From: Paraphysomonas bandaiensis
Lineage: Eukaryota > Protista > Chrysophyceae
Length of the DNA: 64,000 nucleotides
Reading direction: 5' to 3'
NCBI GenBank assembly: GCA_965644295.1
Contig: CBFFRP010000217.1
Location: 248,001 to 312,000 of the forward strand
The notes beneath the pieces were generated by a model that saw nothing but the letters and a program-made list of their open reading frames with translations, made no database searches and was not told the origin of the DNA. How positions within the stretch are numbered: position 1 is the stretch's first letter; each line of letters starts with the position of its first letter. This document shows positions 62,890-64,000 of the stretch, one piece after another. Made by a program: the position numbers and the translations under genes.

Positions 62890-64000
62890 CTAAAAGAATC
62901 CTAATTTATTCTTATCGAAACTTATGATGATGTTCTTCGTCTGCCGATATGCATCAAGAGTTGCTTTGTGACATTCACGCCCGAAGCCGCTTTGCTTAAA
63001 CCCACCAAATGGGGCATGGGATGGGTAAAGGTGCTACACATATAAACTCATTAGAACACCTAAATATGAAGCTGCCATGGTAGTTGCAGTTGTTAAAATA
63101 ATATATGCACGACATAATTTTATAGTCCTACTAAATCATCAAAATACTTACATAGCAGTTGACCCATACTCGGCCGGCATCAATGGCGCGTGGAATTGTG
63201 TAGAGCTGCCCAATATATATTATTAGTACCAGTTGACTGCTTTAAAATAGTGGACGAAACCTGGTGTGCGTCTCGTGTAAACACCCCTGCTCCGAGCCCG
63301 TACAGTGTGTCATTTGCAATCCTCAGAGCTTCGTCATCTGTTTTGAAAGTCGTCGCACATGTGACAGGGCCAAATATTTCCTCTCGAAATACGCGCATAT
63401 TGTTGTTGCCTCTCAGTATTGTGGGTTTAATGTAGAATCCACCATCGACGACGTCATTAATGGCACCGCCAGTCAATATCTATAATTCCAAGTGAGATCA
63501 AATGCTAACATTCTTAGAATAATTCGTATTTGATTATATCTGACTCAAATATTCACGGAAAACAATGCATACCTCTGCACCCTCAGATCTGCCAATATCT
63601 AAGTACCGCTGAATTTTCAAGTATTGTTCTTCAGATGCCTGGGCACCCATCATAGTTCCTGGCTCCAATGGGTTACCTGTTTTGATGGCCTCCGTGCGAG
63701 CAACAACGCGTGCCATGAAGTCGTCATATATGTCCTCGTGAATAAGGATGCGTGATTGGCACGTGCACACCTATCCACCAATCATTAATAGTTCCAAGGT
63801 TTATAATACATACAGATATCAACATGTACACACCTCCCCTTGGTTGAGAGCAAAAAGGACTACAGACTCAACAGCTTTATCCAAGAATTCATCATCCGCA
63901 TCACAAACACTTTTAAAAAATATCAAAGGGCTTTTGCCTCCAAGTTCCATGGTCACAGGGACTAAATTATTTGCCGCAGCCTTCATGATAGTTTTACCAG
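62890..64000 (-). CDS. Aldehyde dehydrogenase, bacterial AldB/AcoD-like type, multi-exon, 5' end outside window
   Basis: [10 protein letters not shown]; [14 protein letters not shown] (catalytic Cys); [10 protein letters not shown]; EEIFGPV; LYGLGAGV; [15 protein letters not shown]; ends KLGFF-stop. Confidence 0.93.

Overview
Eukaryotic nuclear DNA with many short (about 45-65 nt) spliceosomal introns and apparently the standard genetic code. The gene set (radial-spoke head protein, plant-type hemB with a bipartite leader, hybrid histidine kinase) suggests a flagellated stramenopile, possibly a chrysophyte-like ochrophyte; this is an inference. About 17 host genes are present: ankyrin protein, UCH-L3, two sulfotransferase-like proteins, hemB, an acidic protein, a large LRR protein, a hybrid His kinase, an ATG11/17-like protein, a stand-alone MHYT sensor, a duplicated-domain membrane protein, a SWEET transporter, a MYND protein, RSPH4/6, PP4R3, a DysF-domain protein and a bacterial-type ALDH. 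Mobile DNA includes a very young Ty1/copia element (identical 293-bp LTRs, TG...TA termini, 5-bp TSD, an extra partial LTR joined through a 15-bp inversion), older copia and LTR relics, a 971-bp hAT deletion derivative, a 100-bp hAT MITE, and two decayed REL-endonuclease-like retroposon copies whose 12-14-bp TSDs share CTATGA. A roughly 1-kb (TACA)n tract sits in a divergent promoter. No CRISPR, rRNA or tRNA was recognised. No single new system can be proven from sequence alone. The best leads are the aberrant copia end, the target-preferring retroposon pair, the MHYT/His-kinase/membrane-protein group, and several unusual domain fusions.
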